The notes: generated by a model not told the origin, from the letters alone. Positions 28,572 through 37,843 are shown, numbered from the stretch's first letter. The stretch is DNA of 64,000 nucleotides from Parvularculaceae bacterium (GCA_050331095.1 JBHJHE010000022.1:84829-148828), one strand, 5' to 3'. Program-made: numbers and translations.

Positions 28572-28674
28572 ACGGCGCGAAGGCGCGTTCGCGACAAATC
28601 GAAGCCTCTGTGAACCCATTTCGTCCGAAACGGGCTAATCTCCGTGGGAACGCCTCATACGGAGACCACGCGAC

Positions 28675-30255
28675 ATGCAGGACGCTGAAGAAATCGACTC
28701 CCAGGCTGCGCCCGAAAACGCCGCGCCCGCCGAGGCTGCGCGAGAGGCGGCTGCGCCAGAAGAGTCTGCGCCGAAAGAAGCCGCGAACGGAGCGGTCGAC
28801 GACGTCCCGACGCCTGCGGACGTACCCGCCGCTGCGGCCGATGCGCCTCGCGAAGGCCTCGGCCCCGGCCGACAGGAGAGCGCGATCGAGGAGCTGATCG
28901 GCGCCGATCGCCTGATCGACGACAGCAGCGCGGTCGTCGCCTGGGTGCGCGACAATCTGATGACCCTCGACAACGCGTTGCAGTTGACGATCATCGTGGC
29001 GGCGCTGGTGCCGGCGGCGCTTTTCGGCCCGCAATTGCGCAAGTTCATTTCGACCCAGTTGGGGCCGCGCGTGCCGGTGGGCGTCGCGCGACGGCTCGTG
29101 GCCGCGTTCGGCTATGTCGCGACGCCGATCGCGCTGTTTGCGGTTCTGCGCGGCGCCGAGGCGATCCTCGACGAAATCGGCCGGCCCCACGCGCTCGTCT
29201 CCGCGGCGGGCTCGCTCCTCAGCGCGTGGATCGCCATCCGCCTTGTCACTCTCGTCATCCGCTCGCCTTTCTGGTCGCGGGTCGCCTTCTACGTCGCCTG
29301 GCCGATCGCCGCACTCGACGCGTTCGGCGTGCTCGACGACGTCGTCGCGCGGCTCGACGCGGCGTCGATCCCCCTCGGCGAGAACGACGCCGGCGAACCG
29401 CTTTCGTTCTCGCTGCTCGACGTCGTGCGGACGCTGATCATCTTCAGCCTGTTGTTCTGGCTTGCGGGCTTCGCCAAGCGCTTCGTGAAGGACCGCATCT
29501 CCACGGTCGACGAAATCACGCCGTCGCTGCAGGCCCTGATCGGCAAGATCCTCGACGTCGTCACGCCCGTGATCGCCTTTCTCGTCGCCTTGCAGATCGT
29601 AGGCTTCAACCTCGCGACGCTGACGATCTTCGGCGGCGCCATCGGTCTTGGCGTCGGCCTCGGTCTGCAGCGGACGATCTCGAACTTCTTCGCCGGCTTC
29701 ACATTGATCGCCGACAAATCGATCAAGCCCGGCGACGTGATCGAGGTCGGCGACACGTTCGGGTGGGTGACCCACATGGGCGCGCGTTACGTCAAGGTGC
29801 GCACGCGCGACGGCACCGCCCACCTCGTGCCCTACGACGAGTGCTTCGAAAACGGCGTCGTTAATTGGTCCCATGCGGACCGTGTGGTGCGCCTCCACGC
29901 GCCGTTCGGCGTCGCCTACGGCACGAAGGATCTGCGCGGCGTCAAAGCGATGGCCGAGAGGGCCGCGACGCAGATCGACCGCGTCGTCTCCGACCCGAAG
30001 CCGGTTTGCAACCTCGTCGGCTTCGGCGACAGCTCGGTCGATTTCGACCTCAGGTTCTGGATCGTCGACCCGAAGAACGGCGTCGCCAACGTCACGAGCG
30101 AGGTGATGCTGGCGCTCTGGGACGGTCTCGCGGAGATGGGCGTCGAAATCCCGTTCCCGCAGCGCGACCTCCACATCAAGAGCGCGCCGTCGGAGGTTCT
30201 GGATCTGGCGGCGGCGAACGGCCACGCCACGGCGGCCGCGTCGTCGTCCGGCTGA
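28675..30255 (+). CDS. Mechanosensitive ion channel (MscS family)
   Basis: Multiple TM segments, then LQRTISNFFAGFTLIADKSIKPGDVIEVGDTFGWVTHMGARYVKVRTRDGTAHLVPY. Has an acidic, Ala/Pro-rich N-terminal extension. Confidence 0.9.
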   Translation: MQDAEEIDSQAAPENAAPAEAAREAAAPEESAPKEAANGAVDDVPTPADVPAAAADAPREGLGPGRQESAIEELIGADRLIDDSSAVVAWVRDNLMTLDNALQLTIIVAALVPAALFGPQLRKFISTQLGPRVPVGVARRLVAAFGYVATPIALFAVLRGAEAILDEIGRPHALVSAAGSLLSAWIAIRLVTLVIRSPFWSRVAFYVAWPIAALDAFGVLDDVVARLDAASIPLGENDAGEPLSFSLLDVVRTLIIFSLLFWLAGFAKRFVKDRISTVDEITPSLQALIGKILDVVTPVIAFLVALQIVGFNLATLTIFGGAIGLGVGLGLQRTISNFFAGFTLIADKSIKPGDVIEVGDTFGWVTHMGARYVKVRTRDGTAHLVPYDECFENGVVNWSHADRVVRLHAPFGVAYGTKDLRGVKAMAERAATQIDRVVSDPKPVCNLVGFGDSSVDFDLRFWIVDPKNGVANVTSEVMLALWDGLAEMGVEIPFPQRDLHIKSAPSEVLDLAAANGHATAAASSSG

Positions 30256-30416
30256 CGCTGCGGCGCCGCACAAAGCTCCGGGACGCGTGGCGGCTCGCGC
30301 GAGCTGCGCCGTCCCATGGCGAAGTTGTGATCGCTCGCGCGCGGCGAGACATGGCCCGCCGCGCGCCGACGCGCTATAAGCTTGCGGGGCGCAACGTCGA
30401 TGGCGGAGCTTTTGGT

Positions 30417-30989
30417 ATGCGACTTTCCATGAAATTTCTGCGGCGCGCCGCTCTTGGCGCGGCTTCTATTGCCCTCGCGGCCTGCGCGACGGCGACGCCG
30501 TATGTCGCCGCGTCGGAAGGCAACGGCTACGGATTTTCCGAGCAGCAGATCGAAGCGAACCGCTACCGCGTGATGTTCCGCGGCAACTCGTCGACCACGC
30601 GCGAGATCGTCGAAACGTTCCTGCTGTTCCGCGCGGCGGAACTGACGCTGCTCAACGGGTTCGACTATTTCGTCGTTGTCGAAGGCGATACCGAGGCGAA
30701 CCGGACGCTGCGCACGACCTCGACGGGTTCCGCCTTCGTCGGCGGGCCGGCTTTCTTTGGCGGCTACGGGCGCGGCTTCCGTCGTCGCGGGTTTCCCTAT
30801 TACGCTTACGGATTCGGCTGGGGGGGCGCCCCGTTCGATTCCACAACGCGCGAGATTACGCGTTACTCCGCCGTTGCGTTCATCGCGATGTTCGAGGGCG
30901 AAAAGCCGGCTGACGACGTGGCCGCGTTCGACGCCCGCGACGTCACCGATAATCTGCGGCCGGTCGTGTTCAGCGAGCCGCAATCCTAA
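30417..30989 (+). CDS. Lipoprotein (resembles the Caulobacter CC0125/CC1285-type family, from memory)
   Basis: Lipobox LAAC. Also YGFSEQQIEANRYRVMFRGNSSTTREIVETFLLFRAAELTL and a Gly/Arg/aromatic-rich C-terminal part. Confidence 0.7.
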   Translation: MRLSMKFLRRAALGAASIALAACATATPYVAASEGNGYGFSEQQIEANRYRVMFRGNSSTTREIVETFLLFRAAELTLLNGFDYFVVVEGDTEANRTLRTTSTGSAFVGGPAFFGGYGRGFRRRGFPYYAYGFGWGGAPFDSTTREITRYSAVAFIAMFEGEKPADDVAAFDARDVTDNLRPVVFSEPQS

Positions 30990-31000
30990 ATCGACATATC

Positions 31001-31031
31001 GGTCCTTCGCCGCGCGGCGAGGGACCTTATT
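31001..31031 (+). terminator. Rho-independent terminator after the lipoprotein gene
   Basis: ggtccttcgcc-gcgc-ggcgagggacc forms an 11-bp stem with one G-U pair, followed by ttatt. Confidence 0.6.
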
Positions 31032-31043
31032 CGGGGGCGACGC

Positions 31044-31691
31044 ATGGCGAAACGTTCCGCCAGCCGGCTGCGCGGTCAGCCGGTCCGTTTGCGGCTTTAC
31101 AAGTGGGCCGGACAGTGGGGGCCCTTCAAGGTCAAGATCCCCTGCGGCGAGTGCGCGCTGACCGAAGACGTCATCGACGACACCCTGAAGTTCGAGCTTT
31201 CGAACGCCGAGGTGGAGTTCACGGTCAAGGAGTGGCTCACCTATTGGTGGGAGCCCTTGTTCGCCGGCGGCGGCTGGCATGCGCCGATCGTCCTTGTGGA
31301 GAAGGAAGTGATTAGCCAGGGCGATGCGCTGAACCGCGGCGTGTTGGCCGAGGCGGTCATCCGCGAGCACGTCAAACGCTTCGACCTTGAGGGCAACCAC
31401 CTCTTCGGCAAGGACAACTGCAAGCACTGCACGCGCGGCAAAGCCTATCTCGACGACGCCGGCATTCCGTATACTTACCATGACGTGGTGAAGAACCCGG
31501 GCGCGATGTACGAGATGCTCGCCCGGGTGAAGCCGATCATCGGCGAGAAGACGCCGGTGACGACGCCGCAAATCTGGCTCGACGGGGCCTATGTGGGCGG
31601 CGCGGACGAATTGTCGGAGAAGCTTGGCGTCGACGTCGAACCTGATCCGCGGCGGGGCCGCGGCTCCCTGTCGCGGGGCCGACGCAGTTAG
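31044..31691 (+). CDS. Two-domain thioredoxin-fold protein (N-terminal CGEC domain + C-terminal glutaredoxin-like CKHC domain)
   Basis: LYKWAGQWGPFKVKIPCGECALTEDVI..., then LFGKDNCKHCTRGKAYLDDAGIPYTYHDV...TPQIWLDGAYVGGADEL (glutaredoxin pattern). Confidence 0.6.
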   Translation: MAKRSASRLRGQPVRLRLYKWAGQWGPFKVKIPCGECALTEDVIDDTLKFELSNAEVEFTVKEWLTYWWEPLFAGGGWHAPIVLVEKEVISQGDALNRGVLAEAVIREHVKRFDLEGNHLFGKDNCKHCTRGKAYLDDAGIPYTYHDVVKNPGAMYEMLARVKPIIGEKTPVTTPQIWLDGAYVGGADELSEKLGVDVEPDPRRGRGSLSRGRRS

Positions 31692-31745
31692 AGCGCTGGG
31701 CGCTTGACCTCGATCGGGCGAAGGCCGTCTCGGTGGCTCAGAACG
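31688..31745 (-). repeat. Degenerate half-copy (second hairpin arm) of the CTAG-ended repeat, copy D
   Basis: ttagagcgctgggcgcttgacctcgatcgggcgaaggccgtctcggtggctcag aligns with the reverse complement of 46915-46970. The TAG stop of the upstream gene (31689-31691) lies in its end. Confidence 0.45.
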
Positions 31746-31806
31746 AACAATTCAGCGCGTCCAACCCGGTTCGGTCAGGCGACGCGACGCTCCGCCATCG
31801 GCGCTG

Positions 31807-32460
31807 TTAGACCGCGCGCAGGTGCGCGCCGCGGGCGTCCGCCTCCGCGTCGGCCGTTTCCGCGGCCAGGTCCGCCGGCCGTTCGAACATCACGACGAAG
31901 CCGCGGGGCGTGTGGCGGATGACGGCGCCGCGTTGGCGGCCGACATGGATCTCGCTGCCGAGGGGCGGTTTTCGGGTCGATTCCACGGCGACGCCGCCGA
32001 CCGACTGGTCGAGGATGCGCACGAACAGCGACGCTCCGTCGGCGAGGCGGCACACGGTGCGTTGGTCGCCGGAGCGATGGCGCGGCTCGCTGCGCCGGTC
32101 GCCAAGCCCGTCCGCGACGCGGGCGTTGGCCCGGAGCATGAGTTTTTCGGTGAGTTTCGTGCGACGCACCCGCGGCAGTCGGAACGACAGAGCGAAGCCG
32201 TCCGGCAGCATGCGCACGATGCGGCCTTCGAACATGTCGAGATCCGCGACCGACACGACCGCGGCGTCGCCCGTCACGATCGCAGCGCCGTCCGGACCGC
32301 CGATCGGCGCGTCGAGCGCCACGGCGAGATCGCCCGGCGAAATGTTCACGAGCCGCCCCTGATAGTCGTCGATACCGTTCACGACGATGCGCGCCGGCAA
32401 GTCGAGCGCCACGCGGCGGAACCGCCGGAGCTCCTTTTCGTTGCGAACCAAGGCAAGCAT
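31807..32460 (-). CDS. Tandem PilZ-domain protein (putative c-di-GMP receptor)
   Basis: Domain 1 has RRFRR...NISPGD. Domain 2 has RSEPRHR...DQSVGG (RxxxR and D/NxSxxG patterns). Confidence 0.75.
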   Translation of the reverse strand: MLALVRNEKELRRFRRVALDLPARIVVNGIDDYQGRLVNISPGDLAVALDAPIGGPDGAAIVTGDAAVVSVADLDMFEGRIVRMLPDGFALSFRLPRVRRTKLTEKLMLRANARVADGLGDRRSEPRHRSGDQRTVCRLADGASLFVRILDQSVGGVAVESTRKPPLGSEIHVGRQRGAVIRHTPRGFVVMFERPADLAAETADAEADARGAHLRAV

Positions 32461-32678
32461 GGGCGACCCTCACCGCTCGACGGTTTGTTACAAGCGCGCA
32501 ATCAAAGCTTCGCTAACTGGGCCGGGAGATTTGTAGGCTCCCCGGCCATGGTTTCGCGTTCGCAACCCTCGTGCCACACAGTCCGCGCAGGGCCGCCGCG
32601 CAGCGCCGTTGCGCCCGGCCGCCGCAGCGTTAATCTCTTGTGGAAAATCGGCGGGGGAAGCCGAAAGGGGGGCCGTGC

Positions 32679-34940
32679 ATGTTCTGGCTGAAACCGACTC
32701 GCAAGAAGGCGGCGAAGGCGGCCGAAAGACCGGCCGCCAACGCCGCAGCGACCGCCGCGCGGGCGTCCTCGCCGCCGAAGGCCGCCGCGCTGGCGACCCA
32801 GTCGCGCGCGGAAGCCGACCCACACATTTGGCTCGAGGACGTCGACGGCGAAAAAGCCCTTGCATGGGTGCGCGCCGAAAACGCGCGCACCACCGAAACG
32901 CTGGAGGCGGACGTTCGTTTCGCCGACCTGCGCGACGCTGCGCGTGCCATCGTCAACGACCGCGAGCGCATTCCCGCTCCGTCGCTCAATGGCGACGAGG
33001 TCCGCAATTTCTGGCGCGACGAGGCGAGCCCGCGCGGGATCTGGCGCCGGGCGAGCCTTGCGTCCTACCTATCCGGAGCGCCGGAGTGGCGCACGATCCT
33101 AGACGTCGACGCGCTCGCGGCGGCGGAAGACGAAAACTGGATCTTCGCCGGCGTCACGGCGCTCGCACCCGACGGCGATCGCGCGATTGTCGCCCTGTCC
33201 CGCGGCGGGGCCGACGCGGCCGTCCGGCGCGAGTTCCGCGTCAGTTCGGGACGGGTCGTCGACGGCGGCTTCAGTTTGCCCGAGGCCAAAGGCGGCGTCG
33301 CCTGGGAGAACGAGGACACGATCCTCGCTGCGATCGCCGACGTCGACGCGCTGGGGCCGGACGCCGCGACGGCGTCAGGCTACCCCCGCCTGGTGCGTCG
33401 CCTGACGCGCGGCGCGCCCCTCGCCGACGCGCCGGTCGTCTTTGAAGGGCGCGCCGACGACGTCGGCGTCTGGCCAGCTGCGATCGTTCGGGGCGGGCGC
33501 GCCTATCGTTTCATCACCCGCGCGATCACCTTCTTTGAATCTGAGCACTATCTCCTCGACGAGGGCGGATCGCCGCGGCTTTTGCCCCTGCCGCGCAAGT
33601 CGGAGATCGAGGGCGTCATCGACGGCTTTGCGATCGCGTCGCTCCAGGCCGATTGGCGCCAGGGCGAGGCCGCCTTCGAGAAAGGCGACCTCGTCGCGCT
33701 TCACCTCGTTAGCGGCGAGGCGAGCCTCGTCTTCCGGCCGACCGAGCGCCAGGCGGTCGCCGGGGTCGCGACCGGCGGCGCGGCGGTTTTCGTCGAGCTT
33801 CTCGACAACGTCGTCGGCTCGATCCTCAAGATCGCCCGCGCGGGCGACGGCTGGCGGCGCGAGCCCGTAACGCTCCCCGGCGTCGGCCAGGCGAGCCTCG
33901 GCGGCGTCAATCCGCTCGGCGCCGACGCTTTCGTCTTTTTCGACAGCCCCACCGTGCCGTCGACGCTCTACTATCTCGACAAGGCCGGCGCGCGCCGGCG
34001 GGTCATGCAGAGCCCCGCCTATTTTGACGCCGGCGGCGTCGTCATGCGTCAGTTCGAGGCGACGTCGAAGGACGGCGTCGCCGTTCCCTATTTCGTCATT
34101 GGGCGGAGCGATGCGATAGAAAGCGGCCGCGCGCCGGTCATTCAGTACGGCTACGGCGGGTTCGAAGTGCCGACGACCCCGGGATACGCCGGCGTGGTGG
34201 GCAAGCTTTGGCTCGAGAAGGGCGGCGTATACGTCATCGCCAACATTCGCGGCGGCGGCGAGTTCGGTCCGCGCTGGCACCAGGCGGCCCTGCGCGAGTA
34301 CCGCCAGCGCGCCTTCGACGATTTCTTCGCCGTTTCCGAAGACCTGATCTCGCGGGGCGTCGCGACGCCGGCGCGCCTCGGCGCCTATGGCGGGTCGAAC
34401 GGCGGGCTGCTGATGGGCGTCGCATTAACGCAGCGGCCGGATCTTTACGGCGCCCTCGCCATCGGCGTGCCGCTTCTTGATATGCTCCGCTATCATGAGC
34501 TTCTCGCCGGCGCGAGCTGGGTCGACGAGTACGGCGATCCGACGGACCCGCGCATGGCGGAGATCCTGCGCGCTTATTCTCCGTATCACAATGTTCGCCC
34601 GGCGACGGCCTATCCGAAGCCGTTTTTCTTCACCTCGACGCGCGACGACCGGGTGCACCCCGGCCATGCGCGGAAGATGGCGGCGCGCATGCGCGAGCAC
34701 GGCCACGACTTCTTGTATTATGAAAACATCGAAGGCGGCCACGGCGCGGCGGCGAACCTCGACCAGCTCGCCTATCGCGCCGCCCTTCAGTACGCCTACT
34801 TCTGGTCGACGCTTGGAGGCCGCGCGACCGATGCGCCGGCCGACGCGCCGCGCCTCGTCCCTGAGGCCGCGACGCGGGCCGCCGCCGCGGGCGAAACGCC
34901 AATGTCGCCGGGCGTGCGTCGGCGCATTCGTCGGCGCTAG
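32679..34940 (+). CDS. Prolyl oligopeptidase (S9A) family serine peptidase
   Basis: DPHIWLEDVDGEKALAWVRAENARTTE (POP N-terminus), a beta-propeller region, GAYGGSNGGLLMG (Ser) and ENIEGGHGAA (His). The ORF track starts at 32640. Confidence 0.9.
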   Translation: MFWLKPTRKKAAKAAERPAANAAATAARASSPPKAAALATQSRAEADPHIWLEDVDGEKALAWVRAENARTTETLEADVRFADLRDAARAIVNDRERIPAPSLNGDEVRNFWRDEASPRGIWRRASLASYLSGAPEWRTILDVDALAAAEDENWIFAGVTALAPDGDRAIVALSRGGADAAVRREFRVSSGRVVDGGFSLPEAKGGVAWENEDTILAAIADVDALGPDAATASGYPRLVRRLTRGAPLADAPVVFEGRADDVGVWPAAIVRGGRAYRFITRAITFFESEHYLLDEGGSPRLLPLPRKSEIEGVIDGFAIASLQADWRQGEAAFEKGDLVALHLVSGEASLVFRPTERQAVAGVATGGAAVFVELLDNVVGSILKIARAGDGWRREPVTLPGVGQASLGGVNPLGADAFVFFDSPTVPSTLYYLDKAGARRRVMQSPAYFDAGGVVMRQFEATSKDGVAVPYFVIGRSDAIESGRAPVIQYGYGGFEVPTTPGYAGVVGKLWLEKGGVYVIANIRGGGEFGPRWHQAALREYRQRAFDDFFAVSEDLISRGVATPARLGAYGGSNGGLLMGVALTQRPDLYGALAIGVPLLDMLRYHELLAGASWVDEYGDPTDPRMAEILRAYSPYHNVRPATAYPKPFFFTSTRDDRVHPGHARKMAARMREHGHDFLYYENIEGGHGAAANLDQLAYRAALQYAYFWSTLGGRATDAPADAPRLVPEAATRAAAAGETPMSPGVRRRIRRR

Positions 34941-35025
34941 AGCGCCGGGCGTTCAGTTTGGATCGGCTGAAGACCGTCTCAGGCGCTCACAACAAAGAAT
35001 CTAGAGCATCCGACTGCTTCAATCG
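34937..35025 (-). repeat. Truncated reverse-oriented copy of the CTAG-ended repeat, copy B
   Basis: ctagagcgccgggcgttcag...caggcgctcacaacaaagaatctagagcatccgactgcttcaatcg matches the reverse complement of the unit, minus its last arm. The peptidase TAG stop (34938-34940) lies in its end. Confidence 0.7.
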
Positions 35026-35174
35026 TAGACGCGATTTTCTGGCGCGCCCGCCGCTCTGGCGGTCTTCACTGTCTTTCGCCTGCGGACGGAACTGTTCTTC
35101 GTTTGAAAAGACGGCAAGCGTCGCGGACCGGACGATCCGCGACGCTCCGTGGCGAGCCGCCCCTTAACGGGCGC

Positions 35175-36044
35175 TTAAGCGGCGGCTTCTTTCCCGCGCC
35201 GGGCGAGGCCGCGGAACGGCTCGGCCAACTGCGCGGCGTAACCGACGGGGTAGTCGTCGCGATCGGCGAGGCCGATTTCGTCCGATGTCGACGGCGCGTC
35301 GAGCGGCGGGCGGCGCGTGCCGAGGACGGCGTCTCAAACGGTCGTGAACAGACCGAAATTCACGTCGCCCTCCACGGCGTCGGCGTAATGGTGCCGGCGA
35401 TGGACAGGCGCGATCGCCCAGAAACTCAAAGGGCCCGGCGTCCGCAGATCGAGGTTCGCGTGCTGCAGCAGGAGTTGCAGACCGACGGCGAGCCCGAGAA
35501 CGGCCGTCGCTTCGTGCGGGGCGCCCAGAAGCCATAAGGGCGACAGGCCCGCCGCCGCTTCCGCGCCCACATTGACCGGGTGTTTGATCATGCCGTTCAG
35601 GCCGTAAAGCCGATGCGGCGCGTGGTGCGGCTCGTGGAACCGCCACATCAGCGGCCAGCGATGGCTGACGATGCGGGCGATCGTGAACCCGGCGTCGGCG
35701 ATGACGATGACGAGCGCGAACTGCAGCCAGACCGGCCAGTCGGTCGGCCAGAGGTCCGGTTTCGGCAAGGCCCGCGAGATCGCCGCGCTCGTCAGGATGA
35801 GCGCGACGAGCGTCGCCATGTAGGCGAGGTCGCGCGCGCGCTCGCCGTGATCGCCGTTCCACGACGGCTGGTGCGGCGCGAACCGTTCCACCGTCAACAC
35901 GACTAAGGCCGCGGCGAAAATCGTCGGCGCCACAAGCCAATTCGGACCGCCGGCGAAAATGACGTTCCCCACCGCGATCAGCGGAACGAACATCAATGTC
36001 GGCGCGAACAAATACCGTACGTACCAAGTCAGATAAGAGCGCAT
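35175..36044 (-). pseudogene. Fatty acid hydroxylase/sterol desaturase-family protein with an in-frame TGA at 35334-35336
   Basis: His boxes HRWPLMWRFHEPHHAPH and VHRRHHY. The ORF stops at ...DVNFGLFTTV-TGA. The same frame then continues DAVLGTRRPP...YPVGYAAQLAEPFRGLARRGKEAAA to TAA 35175-35177. The TGA occupies the Trp of the family's FTT.WD..GT motif. Confidence 0.8.
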
Positions 36045-36195
36045 GTTTCATCTCCCCGTTTGCGCGTCAGTCAAGGCTCGGCGGTTCGCGCGGCGAGATT
36101 AAGAGCGTCGTACGACGGAATTCCGGCGCATTGATGCGCGCCGCGCCATGGTTCACAACCACGTCCTTACGGGTGACGTCGCTTCAGGGGACGAG

Positions 36196-37464
36196 ATGGT
36201 TCGGTGGTTTGAAATAGAACTTTGGAAGCGCGTGCTCGCGGGCCTCGCGCTCGGCGTCGTCTTCGGGCTCGTCGTCTCGGCGACGATGCCGCCGGATGCG
36301 GCCGAGACGCTTCTCTTGCGCGTGAAGATCATCGGCGACGTCTTTATCCGCTTGATACGGATGATCGTGGTGCCGCTTGTCTTCTTCACCCTCGTCGCCG
36401 GCATTTACGCCATGGGCGACCCGAAGAAGCTCGGCACGATCGGGATCAAGGCGTTCGCGCTCTACATCGCGACGACGTTCTTCGCGAACGTCATCGGCCT
36501 TTTGATGGGCACGCTCTTCCAGCCCGGCCGCAACGTCGATCTCGGCGGCGCCGAGGCGAAGCAGTTGGGCGAGGCGCAGCCGATCGGCGAGCGGCTGATG
36601 AACATCATCCCGACGAACCCGTTCGCAGCGCTCGTCGAGGGCGACATCCTAGCCGTCATCTTCTTCGCGCTCCTTCTCGGCGTCGGCCTTCTAATGGCGC
36701 GCGACGAGGGCCAGCCGGCGGGACGGTTCTTCGAGGCGGTCTCCGAGGGCATCCTCAAGATGACGCACCTCATCATGGAGATCGCGCCCTTCGGCGTTTT
36801 CGGCCTCATCGCTTACGTCGCCGGCACCCAGGGCGTCGCGACGTTCACGGCGATCCTGTCGCTGACGCTCGCGGTCTATGTCGGCGCGGCGCTCCATATG
36901 CTGATCGTTTACGGCGGCCTCGTGCGGTTCGTCCTGCGCCTGCCGGTCGCGCGGTTTTTTCGCGGCGTGCTCGACGCCCAGATGGTCGCTTACTCAACGT
37001 CGTCCTCGTCGGAGACCTTGCCGGTGACGATCCGCGCCGTGAGCGAGAACCTAGGGGTGCGGAAATCGGTCGCGGCGTCGGTTCTGCCCTTGGGCGCGAC
37101 GATCAACATGGACGGCACGTCGCTCTATCTCGGCATCGTGGCGCTCTTCACGGCGCAGGCTTTCGGCTATCAGCTCGAGCCGCAGCACTATCCCTTGATC
37201 GCGCTAACCGCGGCGCTCGTCTCGATCGGCACGGCGGGCGTGCCGTCGGCGTCGCTCTTCCTTTTGTCGATCGTGCTCGACGTATTCGAGGTGACGCCCG
37301 AGCACGCCGCGCTTGTCATCGGGTTCATCTTCCCGTTCGATCGCTTGCTCGACATGATGCGCACGGTCGTCAACGTCACCGGCGATGCGGCTGTAGCCAC
37401 GACGGTCGCCAAGTGGGAGGGCGAGCTGGACGAGACGGTCTTCCGCGCGCCGCCGTCTCAATGA
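36196..37464 (+). CDS. Dicarboxylate/amino acid:cation symporter (DAACS family)
   Basis: ELWKRVLAGLALGVVFG, MIVVPLVFFTLVAG, AYSTSSSSETLPVT, GATINMDGTSLY, TVVNVTGDA. The ORF track starts at 36148. Confidence 0.9.
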   Translation: MVRWFEIELWKRVLAGLALGVVFGLVVSATMPPDAAETLLLRVKIIGDVFIRLIRMIVVPLVFFTLVAGIYAMGDPKKLGTIGIKAFALYIATTFFANVIGLLMGTLFQPGRNVDLGGAEAKQLGEAQPIGERLMNIIPTNPFAALVEGDILAVIFFALLLGVGLLMARDEGQPAGRFFEAVSEGILKMTHLIMEIAPFGVFGLIAYVAGTQGVATFTAILSLTLAVYVGAALHMLIVYGGLVRFVLRLPVARFFRGVLDAQMVAYSTSSSSETLPVTIRAVSENLGVRKSVAASVLPLGATINMDGTSLYLGIVALFTAQAFGYQLEPQHYPLIALTAALVSIGTAGVPSASLFLLSIVLDVFEVTPEHAALVIGFIFPFDRLLDMMRTVVNVTGDAAVATTVAKWEGELDETVFRAPPSQ

Positions 37465-37513
37465 GGATTGGCGAAATCGATCCGCGACGCGCGCGCGGGG
37501 CGTAAAGCCTTCC

Positions 37514-37843
37514 ATGACCGTGATCCGCATCATCCTCGCCATCGGCGCGATCGCGCTTACGGGCGCAATTTTCTGGGCCTTCGGCGCCGACGGCCGGCCG
37601 CTCGGCGAGGTTCTTGGCGCGCTTCTTCCCGAGCCGTGGTTCGTCGTCTCGATGATCGATCTTTACCTCGGCTTCTTCATCGGCGCCGTCGTTATCGTTC
37701 TATTCGAACGCAACAAGATCCTGGCGCTCGCCTGGGCGGCGCCGATCTTCGTGCTCGGCAATGTGGTGACAGCCGCCTGGTTCGTCTGGCGGGCGCCTGA
37801 GATCGCCCGCCGCTTGCGCGCAGACGGATCGCTTATCCAATAG
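37514..37843 (+). CDS. DUF1475-like small membrane protein
   Basis: 109 aa with 3-4 TM segments. Motifs MIDLYLGFFIGAVVIVLFERN and FVLGNVVTAAWFVW. Confidence 0.65.
   Translation: MTVIRIILAIGAIALTGAIFWAFGADGRPLGEVLGALLPEPWFVVSMIDLYLGFFIGAVVIVLFERNKILALAWAAPIFVLGNVVTAAWFVWRAPEIARRLRADGSLIQ

Noticed and set aside
35334-35336. The TGA in the hydroxylase gene read as a selenocysteine codon.
   Set aside because: The position aligns with a conserved Trp (WD..GT), not a Cys/Sec site. I see no reason to invoke a SECIS element, and a point change or readthrough is more parsimonious.
36126-36139. GCGCAT-tg-ATGCGC palindrome upstream of the DAACS gene, and gcgcgcat...atgcgcgc (19934-19941 / 19975-19982) upstream of pckA and the small membrane gene, as a shared operator motif.
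   Set aside because: 6-8-bp GC-rich palindromes are expected by chance in this composition. With only two instances I cannot support a motif.
37600-37680. LPEPWFVVSMIDLYLGFFIGAVVIV in the DUF1475-like protein as a PEP-CTERM sorting signal for the exosortase.
   Set aside because: The motif is in the middle of a polytopic membrane protein, not at a C-terminus followed by a basic cluster.
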